From NCBI RefSeq assembly GCF_000020385.1, contig NC_010814.1, forward strand, positions 3,840,001 to 3,872,000: DNA of 32,000 bases, given 5' to 3'. Positions 1 to 8,819 of this stretch are shown one piece after another. A model generated the notes under the pieces. It was given only the letters and a program-made list of their open reading frames with translations, ran no database searches and was not told where the DNA came from. Numbering within the stretch: position 1 is the stretch's first letter; each line of letters opens with the position of its first letter. The stretch comes from Trichlorobacter lovleyi SZ (GTDB lineage Bacteria; Desulfobacterota; Desulfuromonadia; Geobacterales; Pseudopelobacteraceae). The position numbers and the translations under genes are program-made.

Positions 1-101
1 GATCAGTTTTACTGTCCGTGAAAAGGTTTTATTATTAGTATAATCAATAACTTATACAACATACCGAAATTTCAGCCAATTCTCAAGGTAAATTTTACCA
101 G

Positions 102-137
102 AAAAAAAGGAAGATGCAGCGCGCACCTCCCTTTTTT
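102..137. terminator. bidirectional intrinsic-terminator-like hairpin
   Basis: A-run 102-108, imperfect GC-rich stem GGAAGATGC (109-117) / GCACCTCC (123-130) with a 5-nt loop, then T-run 132-137. It reads as hairpin plus U-tract on either strand and lies about 160 nt downstream of the selB stop. Confidence 0.45.
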
Positions 138-192
138 GTCCGGCTCCTGGGGGCAACAAGTATCCTGAACCCGCAGTTGACCACCAACAGAC

Positions 193-225
193 GCAAGGAT
201 CACAAAGAATTTAAACCTGTTAGAA
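193..225 (+). repeat. 33-nt intergenic repeat, copy A (GCAAGGATCACAAAGAATTTAAACCTGTTAGAA)
   Basis: 30/33 identical to the reverse complement of 30763-30795. Both copies lie in non-coding 3' regions. Confidence 0.7.
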
Positions 226-299
226 CAGATTTGAGAGAAACCGGCCGGTATTCCGGGAACCATCTTCAACCGGTTGTTATTATTTTTATTTCTTTGCTT

Positions 300-2210
300 T
301 TACCTGCCGCGCAGCACCCGCTTGTCCCCGATCCGTATGGTTATTTTGCGGCTGTCAAAATACTCCAGCAACGGAATCATGAACTTGCGAGACAGGCCGG
401 TCAGCTCGCGGAACTCTGACGGAATAATCTCTGCCTTGGCCCTCAGATGCGAAATCAGCTTTTCTTCAATGGTTTTAAGCAAAGCGCTGTCGTAGAAGAT
501 GTCACCCGAGACCCGCGTCACCCCTCCTTCGCGGGTCAGCAGGGCCAGGTGATCCCGCACCTCTTTTTCGGTGCTGCGCAGTGCCTCGGCCAGCTCCTTG
601 ATGGTAGGTGGTTCAATCCCCCGTTCTGCCAACAGCCTGGCGATACCGGCGCCAAGCCCGGACAACGGCGCCGCCGCCTGTTTTCTGGCACCTGCAGGAC
701 GGACCAGCTCCCGTTCGGCGGCCAGCTTGCCTTCCTTTTCCAGCTCTGCCAGCAGCGGGGCGAAGAAACGCTGGTCACTGCGCCTGGGTATCCGGGTCTT
801 TAACTCTTCCTTGCTGATCCCCTCTTTAAGTGGATTGGCCGCAAGGTAGCCCGACAGCTCATCCAACAGCAGCTGCTTCAGGCCGTGAACCGCAGACCTG
901 GACAGAAAGACCCGCGGTTCACGAGTCATCTGCACAATCTCGCCAGCCGCCAACAATCCCTGTAAGGCAGTCTCAGCCTGCTTACGGGCAATACCGGAAC
1001 GCAACACGATCTCATCAAACGAGACGCCGGACAGCAGGGCCTGGGACACGATCAAATTGCAGGTTTTCTGATGTTCTGCCGCATCCAGCGACACCAGCAA
1101 CCGCAGGGCATCGTCACTGCGCCGCCGCCGGGCCGGAGGAAACGGGTCAAGCACGATGCCGCCACCGATAGTGACCGAGGGTGAAGTGGCCCGGATCAGG
1201 TAGGGATCTCCTGACACCAGCAACAGCGGTTGATCCAGCCGTAACTGGGCATAGCCGCTCTGGCCCGGCGGCAGTGCATCATGTTCCAGCAGGATGATCT
1301 GGGCCGTAACCTCTGAGGTGCCTGAATGGAAGCGAACCGTGGTGCGATGCCGCAGATCCCGCGGAGCCGAGGCCAGATGATCCAGCCGCACATCCACCCG
1401 ACGGCTGGTGCGGAAGATCCCAGTTGGGACCACTACATCACCCCGATGGGCCTGATCCAGATCGATCCCCTGCAGGTTTACGGCCAGTCGCTGACCGGCC
1501 TGGCCGATGTCGGTCTTTGCACCATGGGCCTGAATCCCCCGCACCCGGCCCGGAATCCTGTCGGGCAGCAGTTCCAGTTCGTCACCCAGCTTGATCTCAC
1601 CGGCCAGCAGCGTGCCGGTAACCACGGTGCCAAAACCAGCCACCGTAAAGACCCGATCAACCGGCAGCCGGAAGGCGCCATCCCGTTTCTTCTCTGCCGT
1701 CCCTTCAGCCAGCCGGACCAGTTCTGCCTTCAGATCATCCAGACCGGCACCGGTTTTGGAGGAAACCGGAATGATCGGGGCGGTCTCAAGAAAGGTACCG
1801 GCCACAAACTCCCGCACCTCTTCCTGCACCAGCGGCAGCCAGTCCGGCTCCACCATATCTGACTTGGTCAACGCCACCAGACCGCTATGCACCCCCAACA
1901 GACGCAGGATATCCAGGTGTTCACGGGTCTGGGGCATAATCCCCTCATCCGCCGCAATCACCAGCATCACCAGATCCATACCGGCCACACCGGCCACCAT
2001 GGCCCGCACGAACTTCTCATGGCCCGGCACATCCACCACGCCGAACTCGATCCCACCGGGCAGCTCAAGGTGGGCAAAACCCAGCTCAATCGTGATGCCG
2101 CGGGCCTTCTCTTCCTTGAGCCGGTCGGTGTCGGTACCGGTCAGCGCCTTAACCAGTGAGGTCTTGCCGTGGTCAATATGTCCGGCTGTGCCGAGGATCA
2201 GGTGTTTCAT
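300..2210 (-). CDS. selB: selenocysteine-specific translation elongation factor SelB
   Basis: 636-aa ORF. GTPase motifs AGHIDHGKT, DVPGH and TKSD, EF-Tu-like domains, and the long C-terminal winged-helix extension typical of bacterial SelB. The start overlaps the upstream gene's stop by 4 nt. Confidence 0.95.
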   Translation of the reverse strand: MKHLILGTAGHIDHGKTSLVKALTGTDTDRLKEEKARGITIELGFAHLELPGGIEFGVVDVPGHEKFVRAMVAGVAGMDLVMLVIAADEGIMPQTREHLDILRLLGVHSGLVALTKSDMVEPDWLPLVQEEVREFVAGTFLETAPIIPVSSKTGAGLDDLKAELVRLAEGTAEKKRDGAFRLPVDRVFTVAGFGTVVTGTLLAGEIKLGDELELLPDRIPGRVRGIQAHGAKTDIGQAGQRLAVNLQGIDLDQAHRGDVVVPTGIFRTSRRVDVRLDHLASAPRDLRHRTTVRFHSGTSEVTAQIILLEHDALPPGQSGYAQLRLDQPLLLVSGDPYLIRATSPSVTIGGGIVLDPFPPARRRRSDDALRLLVSLDAAEHQKTCNLIVSQALLSGVSFDEIVLRSGIARKQAETALQGLLAAGEIVQMTREPRVFLSRSAVHGLKQLLLDELSGYLAANPLKEGISKEELKTRIPRRSDQRFFAPLLAELEKEGKLAAERELVRPAGARKQAAAPLSGLGAGIARLLAERGIEPPTIKELAEALRSTEKEVRDHLALLTREGGVTRVSGDIFYDSALLKTIEEKLISHLRAKAEIIPSEFRELTGLSRKFMIPLLEYFDSRKITIRIGDKRVLRGR

Positions 2211-2530
2211 GGTTTGGTTCCGTTCAGATACTCCGCCAGGATCAGACGACTATGCTCATCATCATGACAGTAGACGCAGAGGTTTTCCCAGTTGCTGCCA
2301 TCCTTGGGGTTGTTGTGGTGATTGCCGTCCTTGTGGTGGACCGTCAGCAGCTGCAGGTTTTCACGTTCAAACTCGCGGCCACACTTGGCGCAGATCCAGC
2401 CATGAATCTTGAGGGACTGTTCGCGGTAGTTGGCATTGGTTGGCTTGTTGTCCGTTTTCAACTGGTTAACCAGCTGACTGAGCGCCTCGGCAGAAGGGAG
2501 TTTGCGGGATTGGGGCCGACGCGGGGGCAT
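2207..2530 (-). CDS. YajD-like HNH nuclease-family protein
   Basis: 107-aa ORF with WICAKCG ... TVHHKDGNHHNNP ... NWENLCVYCHDDEH, the CxxC/HH/N/CxxH pattern of small YajD-type HNH proteins. Confidence 0.85.
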   Translation of the reverse strand: MPPRRPQSRKLPSAEALSQLVNQLKTDNKPTNANYREQSLKIHGWICAKCGREFERENLQLLTVHHKDGNHHNNPKDGSNWENLCVYCHDDEHSRLILAEYLNGTKP

Positions 2531-2532
2531 GG

Positions 2533-3240
2533 TCAGACCCCGCTGCGGGAAAAGCGGTAGCCGACGCCGCGCACGGTCAGGAAGTGGGTCGGACGGGTCG
2601 GATCAGGTTCAAAGTATTTACGCAGCCGCACGATAAAGTTGTCCAGGGTGCGGGTCTCGGTGTCGGAGCTGTAGCCCCAGACCGACTCCAGCAGCTCGCC
2701 TCGGGGGATCACCTGGCCTTCGCGCTGGAAGAAGAGCGCCAGCACCCGCACCTCCATCTCGGTCAGGTCGATCTCGCCCTGGGCGGTCTTGGCCCGGTAG
2801 GAGAGCAGGTAGACCTCGTTGACACCGAACTGGTAGCCCTCCTCCACCGGATCAGGGCGATACCAGGAGGAACGCCGCAGCATCCCTTTGACCCGCAGCA
2901 GGAACTCGGCCAGGTTGAACGGTTTGGTCAGGTAGTCATCGGCGCCGGATTCCAGGCCGCTGACCCGGTCCACATCCTCGGAGCGGGCGGTCAGCATCAG
3001 GATCGGCACCCGTGAATCAAGCTCCCGCATCGCCTTGCAGACCTGAAAACCATCCATGCCGGGCAGCATCACATCCAGGATGATCAGGTCACAGCGTTCC
3101 ACCCGCAACGCCTCCAGTGCCGTTTCGCCCCGGTCAAAATGACTGACCGCATAGCCGTCCTGTTCCAGGTTAAAACAGATTCCCCGGGCCAGGTGCAGCT
3201 CATCCTCCACCAGCATGATACGTGGTTTGTCATCACTCAT
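2533..3240 (-). CDS. OmpR/PhoB-family response regulator (no kinase gene adjacent)
   Basis: Receiver domain (MLVEDE, ILDVMLPGMDG, LTKP) plus winged-helix output (LTVRGVGYRF). ATG at 3240 overlaps the permease stop by 8 nt (ATGAGTGA). The ORF track's longer start at 3255 is possible. Confidence 0.92.
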   Translation of the reverse strand: MSDDKPRIMLVEDELHLARGICFNLEQDGYAVSHFDRGETALEALRVERCDLIILDVMLPGMDGFQVCKAMRELDSRVPILMLTARSEDVDRVSGLESGADDYLTKPFNLAEFLLRVKGMLRRSSWYRPDPVEEGYQFGVNEVYLLSYRAKTAQGEIDLTEMEVRVLALFFQREGQVIPRGELLESVWGYSSDTETRTLDNFIVRLRKYFEPDPTRPTHFLTVRGVGYRFSRSGV

Positions 3241-4462
3241 AACGCAACGCCTCAATCGGGTTCAGACCGGCAGCCTTGCGGGCCGGATAGAAACCAAAAA
3301 AGATCCCCACGGCGCCGGAAAACAGCACCGCCACCGTAATGGCCAGCGGTGATATCAGGGTAGGCCAGGAGAGCATCCGTGAGACAATGATGGCACCGCC
3401 TGCACCCAACACGATCCCCAGCAGCCCTCCCAACAGCGTCAGCAGTACCGCCTCGGTTAGAAACTGCAGCAGGATATCGTGTTTTTTGGCACCAATCGCC
3501 ATACGGATACCGATCTCGCGGGTCCGTTCGGTGACGGAAACCAGCATGATGTTCATGATGCCGATACCACCGACGATCAGGGAGATGGAGGCCACCGCTC
3601 CCAGCAAGAGCGACATCGCCTTTGACGACTGCTCTGCCACAGCCAGTATTTCCGACAGGTTACGCACGGTAAAATCCGGTTCCTTACCACCGCTAATCCG
3701 ATGGCGCTGGTTCAGCAGGGCATTGATCTCTTTTTCTGCCTTGGGCAACAGCTCTTCACTGCGGGCCTTGACCAGGATAGAACCGACCGTGTCCGGAAAC
3801 TGGCTGCCCATCAGCTTACGCTGGGCCGTACGCAACGGCACGAAGATCACATCATCCTGATCGGTGCCCTGGGGCGACTGCCCCTTGGATTCCAGCACCC
3901 CCACCACAACAAACGGCACCTTCTTGATCCTGATCATCTTGCCCAGCGGGTCTTCAGCTCCGAACAGGTTCTGAACGATCGTACTGCCGATGACACAGAC
4001 CTTGGCAGCGCCGTCGTTGTCGGAGTCGGTAATGCTGCGTCCATTGATTACCGGCCATTCGCGGGCCACAAACAACTCCGGCGTGGCGCCCATCAACAGG
4101 GTGGACCAGTTCTGGTTGCCATAGACGATCTGACCGGAGCTGCGTACCACCGGTGCGGCAAGCTCAACTGAAGGACATTCATTCGTTATCGCCTTGGCGT
4201 CTGAAGCCTTGAGGGTCTGCACCCCGCCGCTACCGCTACGCAGGCCGCCGCTGGTCATGGAACCGGGCAGCACCAACAGGATGTTACTGCCGATACTGGC
4301 GATCTGCTGCGAAATCACATAGCTGGCACCGGAACCGACCGCCATCATGGCGATCACCGCAGCAATGCCGATGATGATCCCCAGCATGGTCAGGAAAGAA
4401 CGCATCTTGTTGATCCGCAAGGCCCGCAGGGCGATGCGCAATGCCTGGACAACGTTGCTCAT
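3233..4462 (-). CDS. MacB/FtsX-family ABC transporter permease (no ATPase domain or ATPase gene nearby)
   Basis: N-terminal TM helix, a large periplasmic MacB-type domain, and a C-terminal FtsX 3-TM bundle ([27 protein letters not shown]). Start chosen at ATG 4462, which gives an ATGA overlap with the macro-domain gene's stop. Confidence 0.9.
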   Translation of the reverse strand: MSNVVQALRIALRALRINKMRSFLTMLGIIIGIAAVIAMMAVGSGASYVISQQIASIGSNILLVLPGSMTSGGLRSGSGGVQTLKASDAKAITNECPSVELAAPVVRSSGQIVYGNQNWSTLLMGATPELFVAREWPVINGRSITDSDNDGAAKVCVIGSTIVQNLFGAEDPLGKMIRIKKVPFVVVGVLESKGQSPQGTDQDDVIFVPLRTAQRKLMGSQFPDTVGSILVKARSEELLPKAEKEINALLNQRHRISGGKEPDFTVRNLSEILAVAEQSSKAMSLLLGAVASISLIVGGIGIMNIMLVSVTERTREIGIRMAIGAKKHDILLQFLTEAVLLTLLGGLLGIVLGAGGAIIVSRMLSWPTLISPLAITVAVLFSGAVGIFFGFYPARKAAGLNPIEALRYE

Positions 4463-4995
4463 GGCTGAAAGGGGATGGCCAGTTGCCGGGCAACAGCCTG
4501 ATAACATTCAAGAGCAGGACTATTGTACTGGATCAGGATGATCCGGTCAAAAGAACCACTGGCCGCTGCAGCCTGCGCCTCCTGCAGTGCAATGGCCGCT
4601 CCGAGTTTCATGGGATAGCCGTATACCCCGCAGCTGATGGCAGGAAAGGCGATACTGCGGATGCCATGCCGGCGAGCCAGTTCCAGGCTGTTGCGGTACG
4701 AGGCGGTCAGCAGCTCCGGTTCGCCTTTGGCCCCATCGGTCCAGACCGGCCCCACCGTATGGATCACAAAGCGGGCAGGCAGGTTGTACCCCTTGGTAAT
4801 GCGGGCCTCACCAGTGGGGCAGCCCCCCAGAGTCGCGCACTCGTTCAGCAGCCCGGGCCCGGCAGCCTTGTGGATGGCACCGTCCACCCCGCCGCCACCC
4901 AGCAGGGTGCTGTTGGCGGCATTGACAATGGCATCAACCGCTAACGTGGTGATATCGCCCTGGATAATCTCTATGACAGGTAAGGACATGGACAT
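4459..4995 (-). CDS. macro-domain protein (O-acetyl-ADP-ribose deacetylase / YmdB-like)
   Basis: 178-aa [41 protein letters not shown] and [13 protein letters not shown] are hallmark macro-domain motifs. Confidence 0.9.
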   Translation of the reverse strand: MSMSLPVIEIIQGDITTLAVDAIVNAANSTLLGGGGVDGAIHKAAGPGLLNECATLGGCPTGEARITKGYNLPARFVIHTVGPVWTDGAKGEPELLTASYRNSLELARRHGIRSIAFPAISCGVYGYPMKLGAAIALQEAQAAAASGSFDRIILIQYNSPALECYQAVARQLAIPFQP

Positions 4996-5016
4996 GTTTC
5001 CTGTATTGTTCGGTAA

Positions 5017-5394
5017 TTACGGCTTAAAGACCTTCAGCTCCAACTCTTTGATCACCTTGAAATGTTTGGCGTTGCTGGAAGACAATACCATACCGTTTTC
5101 CGTGGCGGTTGCGGCAATGATGGCATCACCGGCCCGCATGCCGGACGATAGTCCGTACTCTTCCACATAGACCAACGCCCGGTGGCCGATATTCTCTGTC
5201 AACGGCAGGACGGTAAAGCGGAAATCAGCAATAAAACGCTTGATCAGGCGATGCTGTTGTTTATCCTTGGCGCACTGCAGCAGCTCCATGTACGTCTGTA
5301 CAGACAGAAAGCGCTCTTTGGCCGACTCCATCAAGGCCGCAGCCCTGGCATTGCCCCGCTGGACCCAGATGAAGATGTCCGTATCAAAGATCAT
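5017..5394 (-). CDS. vapC: PIN-domain toxin (VapC family)
   Basis: 125-aa ORF starting MIFDTDIFIW, with acidic residues spaced as in PIN domains. Overlaps the upstream antitoxin gene by 11 nt. Local GC is lower than in the neighbours. Confidence 0.85.
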   Translation of the reverse strand: MIFDTDIFIWVQRGNARAAALMESAKERFLSVQTYMELLQCAKDKQQHRLIKRFIADFRFTVLPLTENIGHRALVYVEEYGLSSGMRAGDAIIAATATENGMVLSSSNAKHFKVIKELELKVFKP

Positions 5395-5626
5395 AGCGAT
5401 TGCCCCGCAACTGCTCCATCACCGCTTCTACCGATGGTTCCTGGACAGCGGCATGCATGCCGAAGAATGCATGGTTGCAGATCTTGCCGGTGGCTCCGGT
5501 CTCCTCCAGCGGAATGATGGTGCCCTTTGGCTTGCCATGGTAAAGAATCGTGACATGCTCACGGTTGTCAAGGGCAGCCAGGATGTCGCTGGTTTTGTAG
5601 CGCAGATCAATGATCGAAGCGTTCAT
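5384..5626 (-). CDS. Phd/YefM-type antitoxin
   Basis: About 80-aa ORF (NASIIDLRYKTSDILAALDNREHVTILYHGKPKGTIIPLEE) typical of Phd/YefM N-termini. GGAG (5636-5633) sits 6 nt before ATG 5626, so I prefer this start to ATG 5632. Confidence 0.8.
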   Translation of the reverse strand: MNASIIDLRYKTSDILAALDNREHVTILYHGKPKGTIIPLEETGATGKICNHAFFGMHAAVQEPSVEAVMEQLRGNRYDL

Positions 5627-5656
5627 GGTCATCTCCAGAATGTCTCGTTACAGATA

Positions 5657-5685
5657 GACATAAGCTTAAAGCAGGTACGTGTCAA
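5657..5685 (-). promoter_or_regulatory. putative promoter of the vapBC-like pair
   Basis: TTGACA (5685-5680), 17-nt spacer, TATGTC (5662-5657). A short inverted repeat TGTCT..AGACA lies downstream and could be an operator. Confidence 0.35.
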
Positions 5686-5720
5686 TAGTGGAGAATCGTC
5701 TCACAGCTCTGTACTGCCAT

Positions 5721-6488
5721 TCACCGCCCGCGCTGTTCAAACAACAGCTCCACCACGTTGCGGACATAGCGTTCATCCGACACCCCCTCCACCGCTTCAG
5801 CGGGAAAGGTCACCTGGCTGCGGAACAGGGCTGCCAGTTCACGGAACAGTTCCAGCCGGGCAGCCGGGTCAAGTTCTTCCCGGCGGATCAGGGCACGCAA
5901 GGCAATGGCCCCTTCCTCCCGGCTGACCTTCTGCCGCAGACGGGCCACCAGATGGGGATAGGCGGCCAGGGAGTTGAACTTCTCTGTGCCAAGCTGTTCC
6001 AGATCAGGCAGCTGCACCTTGGGGGTGCGGATCACGATTGTTCCGGCAGCCAGGTCACCCAGACGCTGGCATTTACGGCTGGTCAGGCTGGCAATCCCCC
6101 CCACCAGATAGAGCGCGGGCAGCGAATCAACGATCCGCAGCAGGTTTCTGATCACCACCTGACTGAACTGCAGCTTCAAGCCCTGTTCATCCATGACCCG
6201 CAAATGCAGCAGACGCTTGCCCACGGTCTGCCCCTGCCAGTACCATTCACAGCCGATGCCGTAGCCGATGGAGATCACAAAGCCGGACAGAATCGCCAGG
6301 GCCATAAAGATATCCTGACTGATCAGCGCAAACAGCCTTAAGACAGTGCTGATGGTGGTTGAGGCCACAGAAATGCAGGCAAAATCCACCATCAACGCCA
6401 GCAGACGGCTGGTGGGACCGGCCAAAAGCAGGGAGAAGCGGATACCCTCCGGGGTGCGGATCTGCAGGGTGGTGGTCTGTTCAGCCAC
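5721..6488 (-). CDS. RDD-family membrane protein (last gene of the MoxR operon)
   Basis: RDD-type layout (AGPTSRLLALMVDF ... TVGKRLLHLRV ... RLGDLAAGTIVI). GTG at 6488 overlaps the upstream stop (GTGGCTGA). The upstream ATG at 6623 would lie deep inside the preceding gene. Confidence 0.75.
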   Translation of the reverse strand: MAEQTTTLQIRTPEGIRFSLLLAGPTSRLLALMVDFACISVASTTISTVLRLFALISQDIFMALAILSGFVISIGYGIGCEWYWQGQTVGKRLLHLRVMDEQGLKLQFSQVVIRNLLRIVDSLPALYLVGGIASLTSRKCQRLGDLAAGTIVIRTPKVQLPDLEQLGTEKFNSLAAYPHLVARLRQKVSREEGAIALRALIRREELDPAARLELFRELAALFRSQVTFPAEAVEGVSDERYVRNVVELLFEQRGR

Positions 6489-7488
6489 GCTTGGCCACCT
6501 TCCCGCCCCGGCCTGAACGGCCCAGAAACAGCACCAACAGGCATAATTCCACCACGCCAAAGGCGATCTTGACACTGTAGGGCAGTACCGGCTCATGGTA
6601 CTGGGAAAAGAACGCCTCCACAATACCGGCCCAGACCAGCATCAGCGCCACCCCGCCGATCAGGGTGGTCAGATCTCCCCAGACCAGCCGCATACGGGCC
6701 ACCAGAGTCAGGCCGCTGCCTTTGCCGATCAGGGTTGTTGCCAGCACCAGACCGGCCTGCCCGGCGATCAGGATAGCCGGTATCTCAATCACCCCGTGGG
6801 GCAGCAGCCAGCCAGCCAGGAAGATCCCCTGCCCGGCAGCCAGGTAATCCAGCACCACCGCCCCCAGAATCACGCCGTTGTAGAACAGCAGGATGATGGT
6901 CCCCACCCCCCAGGTCATGCCGGTGGCCATGCAGGCGATGGAGACCTGTGTGTTGTGGGTCATCAGGCTGCTGGAGAAGGTGGCCTTGTGACCGGCCAAC
7001 CGCTTGCCGGCCTCCTGCTCTTCTTTGGCCACCCGCTCCGCTGGTGAGCCATGCAGATGATCAAACGGCAGCAGCATCCCCTTTTCTTCCGGGGCAACCA
7101 TCAGCACAGCTGCGCCAAAGATCGCCCCAACAATGGTGATCAGCACGGCCAGTTGAAACTGACGGATGTAGCGCCTGAAGGTTTGGGGAAAGGTCTCCTG
7201 CAGCCAGGTGCGGGGCGCCAGACGATGGGCGTTGTCTCTGGTTGAGTGGATCTCGCCATAGGCCCGGGCCACCAGACTTTCCAGGTAGCGACGGAACTCA
7301 AGCGGGGCTGCCAGACCATCAAGCCGGGCCAGACCGGCGCTGGCCCGCTGGTAGAGGTAGTGAAAACGGACAGCGCCGTCAACCCCCAGCCTGCAGGCCG
7401 GATCATCTTCCACCCGTTTCAGCAACCGCTCCAGCTCGTCCCAGAACGGCTTTTCCGCTGCGGTAAATCGCTCCAGATCGATGATCAT
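6481..7488 (-). CDS. SpoIIM-like (DUF95) integral membrane protein
   Basis: 335-aa ORF with a soluble N-terminal helical region followed by about 6 TM helices and the HGVIEIPAILIAG motif of the stage II sporulation protein M family. ATGA overlap with the DUF58 gene. Confidence 0.75.
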   Translation of the reverse strand: MIIDLERFTAAEKPFWDELERLLKRVEDDPACRLGVDGAVRFHYLYQRASAGLARLDGLAAPLEFRRYLESLVARAYGEIHSTRDNAHRLAPRTWLQETFPQTFRRYIRQFQLAVLITIVGAIFGAAVLMVAPEEKGMLLPFDHLHGSPAERVAKEEQEAGKRLAGHKATFSSSLMTHNTQVSIACMATGMTWGVGTIILLFYNGVILGAVVLDYLAAGQGIFLAGWLLPHGVIEIPAILIAGQAGLVLATTLIGKGSGLTLVARMRLVWGDLTTLIGGVALMLVWAGIVEAFFSQYHEPVLPYSVKIAFGVVELCLLVLFLGRSGRGGKVAKRG

Positions 7489-8819
7489 AGCAGTTGTTTC
7501 CGTTTCACATCCAGGTAGTGGGAGACCAGATCCGCGCTCAACCGTTCATCCTTTACCAGCATGAGCCTGACCCCTTGCAGACGAAGACTCTGCTGCAGTT
7601 CCCGCAGTTGATGCCAGGTCAGGTGCCCGGCCAGATGGCGATAGAGTTCATCATTGCTCTGCAGGGTGGCAGTGCTGAACAGCGGGGCAGCCGTGGGCGG
7701 TTGCGGCATGGCAACGCAGATCAGGTGGCGGGACAGGATACGGATGGCCCTGACAAAATCCTCGGCCAGGGCCGGTTCATCCAGCGGTGCGATAAAGATC
7801 AGCAGGGCTCGCCGACGCAGACGGGCAGCCATGAAGGTGGCCAGTTCAGCAAAGGAGGGGTTGTCTTCACCAGGCTGCACCGTGTAGAGCAGGTCGCGGC
7901 AGTGGCCAAAGTGGGTCTTGCCGGTCTTGGCCCGCACAAAGCCCTGTACCCGGCTGCCAAAGGCGGCCACCCCGAACAGATCTCCCTGGCGCTGGGCCAC
8001 TGACCCCAGGATCAGGGCGGTACGCACCGCCTGCTCAAGAAACGGTTCACTGCCCCCTTCAGCAGTGGGTACCGGCCGACCGCTGAGCCGGGAACTGTCG
8101 ATCAGCAGGTAGACCTCCTGGGTCCGTTCAATCTGATACTCTTTGGTGATCAGCTGACGACGTTTGGCCGTTGCCTTCCAGTGGATATCCCCCAGACTGT
8201 CGCCGGTCTGATACTGACGCAGCCGATCAAACTCCCGTCCCTGGCCCCGCTGACGCTGGGCTTGCAGTTGCCGGTCATTGCGTTCCAGAAACAGACTTGC
8301 CAGACGACGGCGTTCTGCCCGCAGGTTGGGATAGACCCGCAGTTCCGTGCTGATGGTGTGACGGATCTGCAGCTGCCACAAGCGAAAGGGAGAAGCGACC
8401 CGCAAAGAACACTGCATGACCTGAAACCTGCCCCGTTTGGTGCCGGTCAGGGACCAGTCCAGGCAGACCGCATCACCACCTTTGGCCAGCTTCAAGCGGG
8501 TCTCCCTGAAGGGCGATACAAAACCGGCGGGCAGTGCCAGCCCCACCTGCAGGTCAAAGCCAGCCTGATTGCTAGCCTGGATGGTTATCCCCAACTGGCC
8601 GGCCCGACCGCAGACCAGCGACAAACGCGGGGGGGCCGTAACGGTCAACCGGTTGCGGTAGCGGAACAAAATCAGCAGATCAGCAAGCGCAACCATCCCC
8701 ACCAGCAACGGCACAAACAGCAGCAGCGGCCGGAACTGGGGGGTAACCGCATACAGCAGCGCAGCCGGAATCAGGGTGGCGGCAACAAGCCGCAGTATGG
8801 CCGGGGCCGGGATGATCAC
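7485..8819 (-). CDS. DUF58 (vWA-like) protein
   Basis: 444-aa ORF with two N-terminal TM helices and the signature GREFDRLRQYQTGDSLGDIHWKATAKRRQLITKEY followed by a vWA-like fold. ATGA overlap with the MoxR gene. Confidence 0.85.
   Translation of the reverse strand: MIIPAPAILRLVAATLIPAALLYAVTPQFRPLLLFVPLLVGMVALADLLILFRYRNRLTVTAPPRLSLVCGRAGQLGITIQASNQAGFDLQVGLALPAGFVSPFRETRLKLAKGGDAVCLDWSLTGTKRGRFQVMQCSLRVASPFRLWQLQIRHTISTELRVYPNLRAERRRLASLFLERNDRQLQAQRQRGQGREFDRLRQYQTGDSLGDIHWKATAKRRQLITKEYQIERTQEVYLLIDSSRLSGRPVPTAEGGSEPFLEQAVRTALILGSVAQRQGDLFGVAAFGSRVQGFVRAKTGKTHFGHCRDLLYTVQPGEDNPSFAELATFMAARLRRRALLIFIAPLDEPALAEDFVRAIRILSRHLICVAMPQPPTAAPLFSTATLQSNDELYRHLAGHLTWHQLRELQQSLRLQGVRLMLVKDERLSADLVSHYLDVKRKQLL

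Noticed and set aside
72-269. 65-aa minus-strand ORF and 101-aa plus-strand ORF (114-419) downstream of selB.
   Set aside because: They cross the terminator hairpin and, for the plus-strand ORF, the selB 3' end. Neither has an SD or a recognisable domain.
138-299. Search for selC (tRNA-Sec) or another RNA gene in the 160 nt downstream of selB; a CTTCAAC string at about 274 looked like a Sec anticodon loop.
   Set aside because: No flanking anticodon stem, T-loop or acceptor pairing can be drawn.
5721-6623. The long 300-aa form of the RDD ORF starting at ATG 6623.
   Set aside because: The first 45 codons overlap the end of the SpoIIM-like gene in another frame and are Cys/Trp-rich with no sign of real coding sequence. 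GTG 6488, coupled to the upstream stop, fits the operon pattern.
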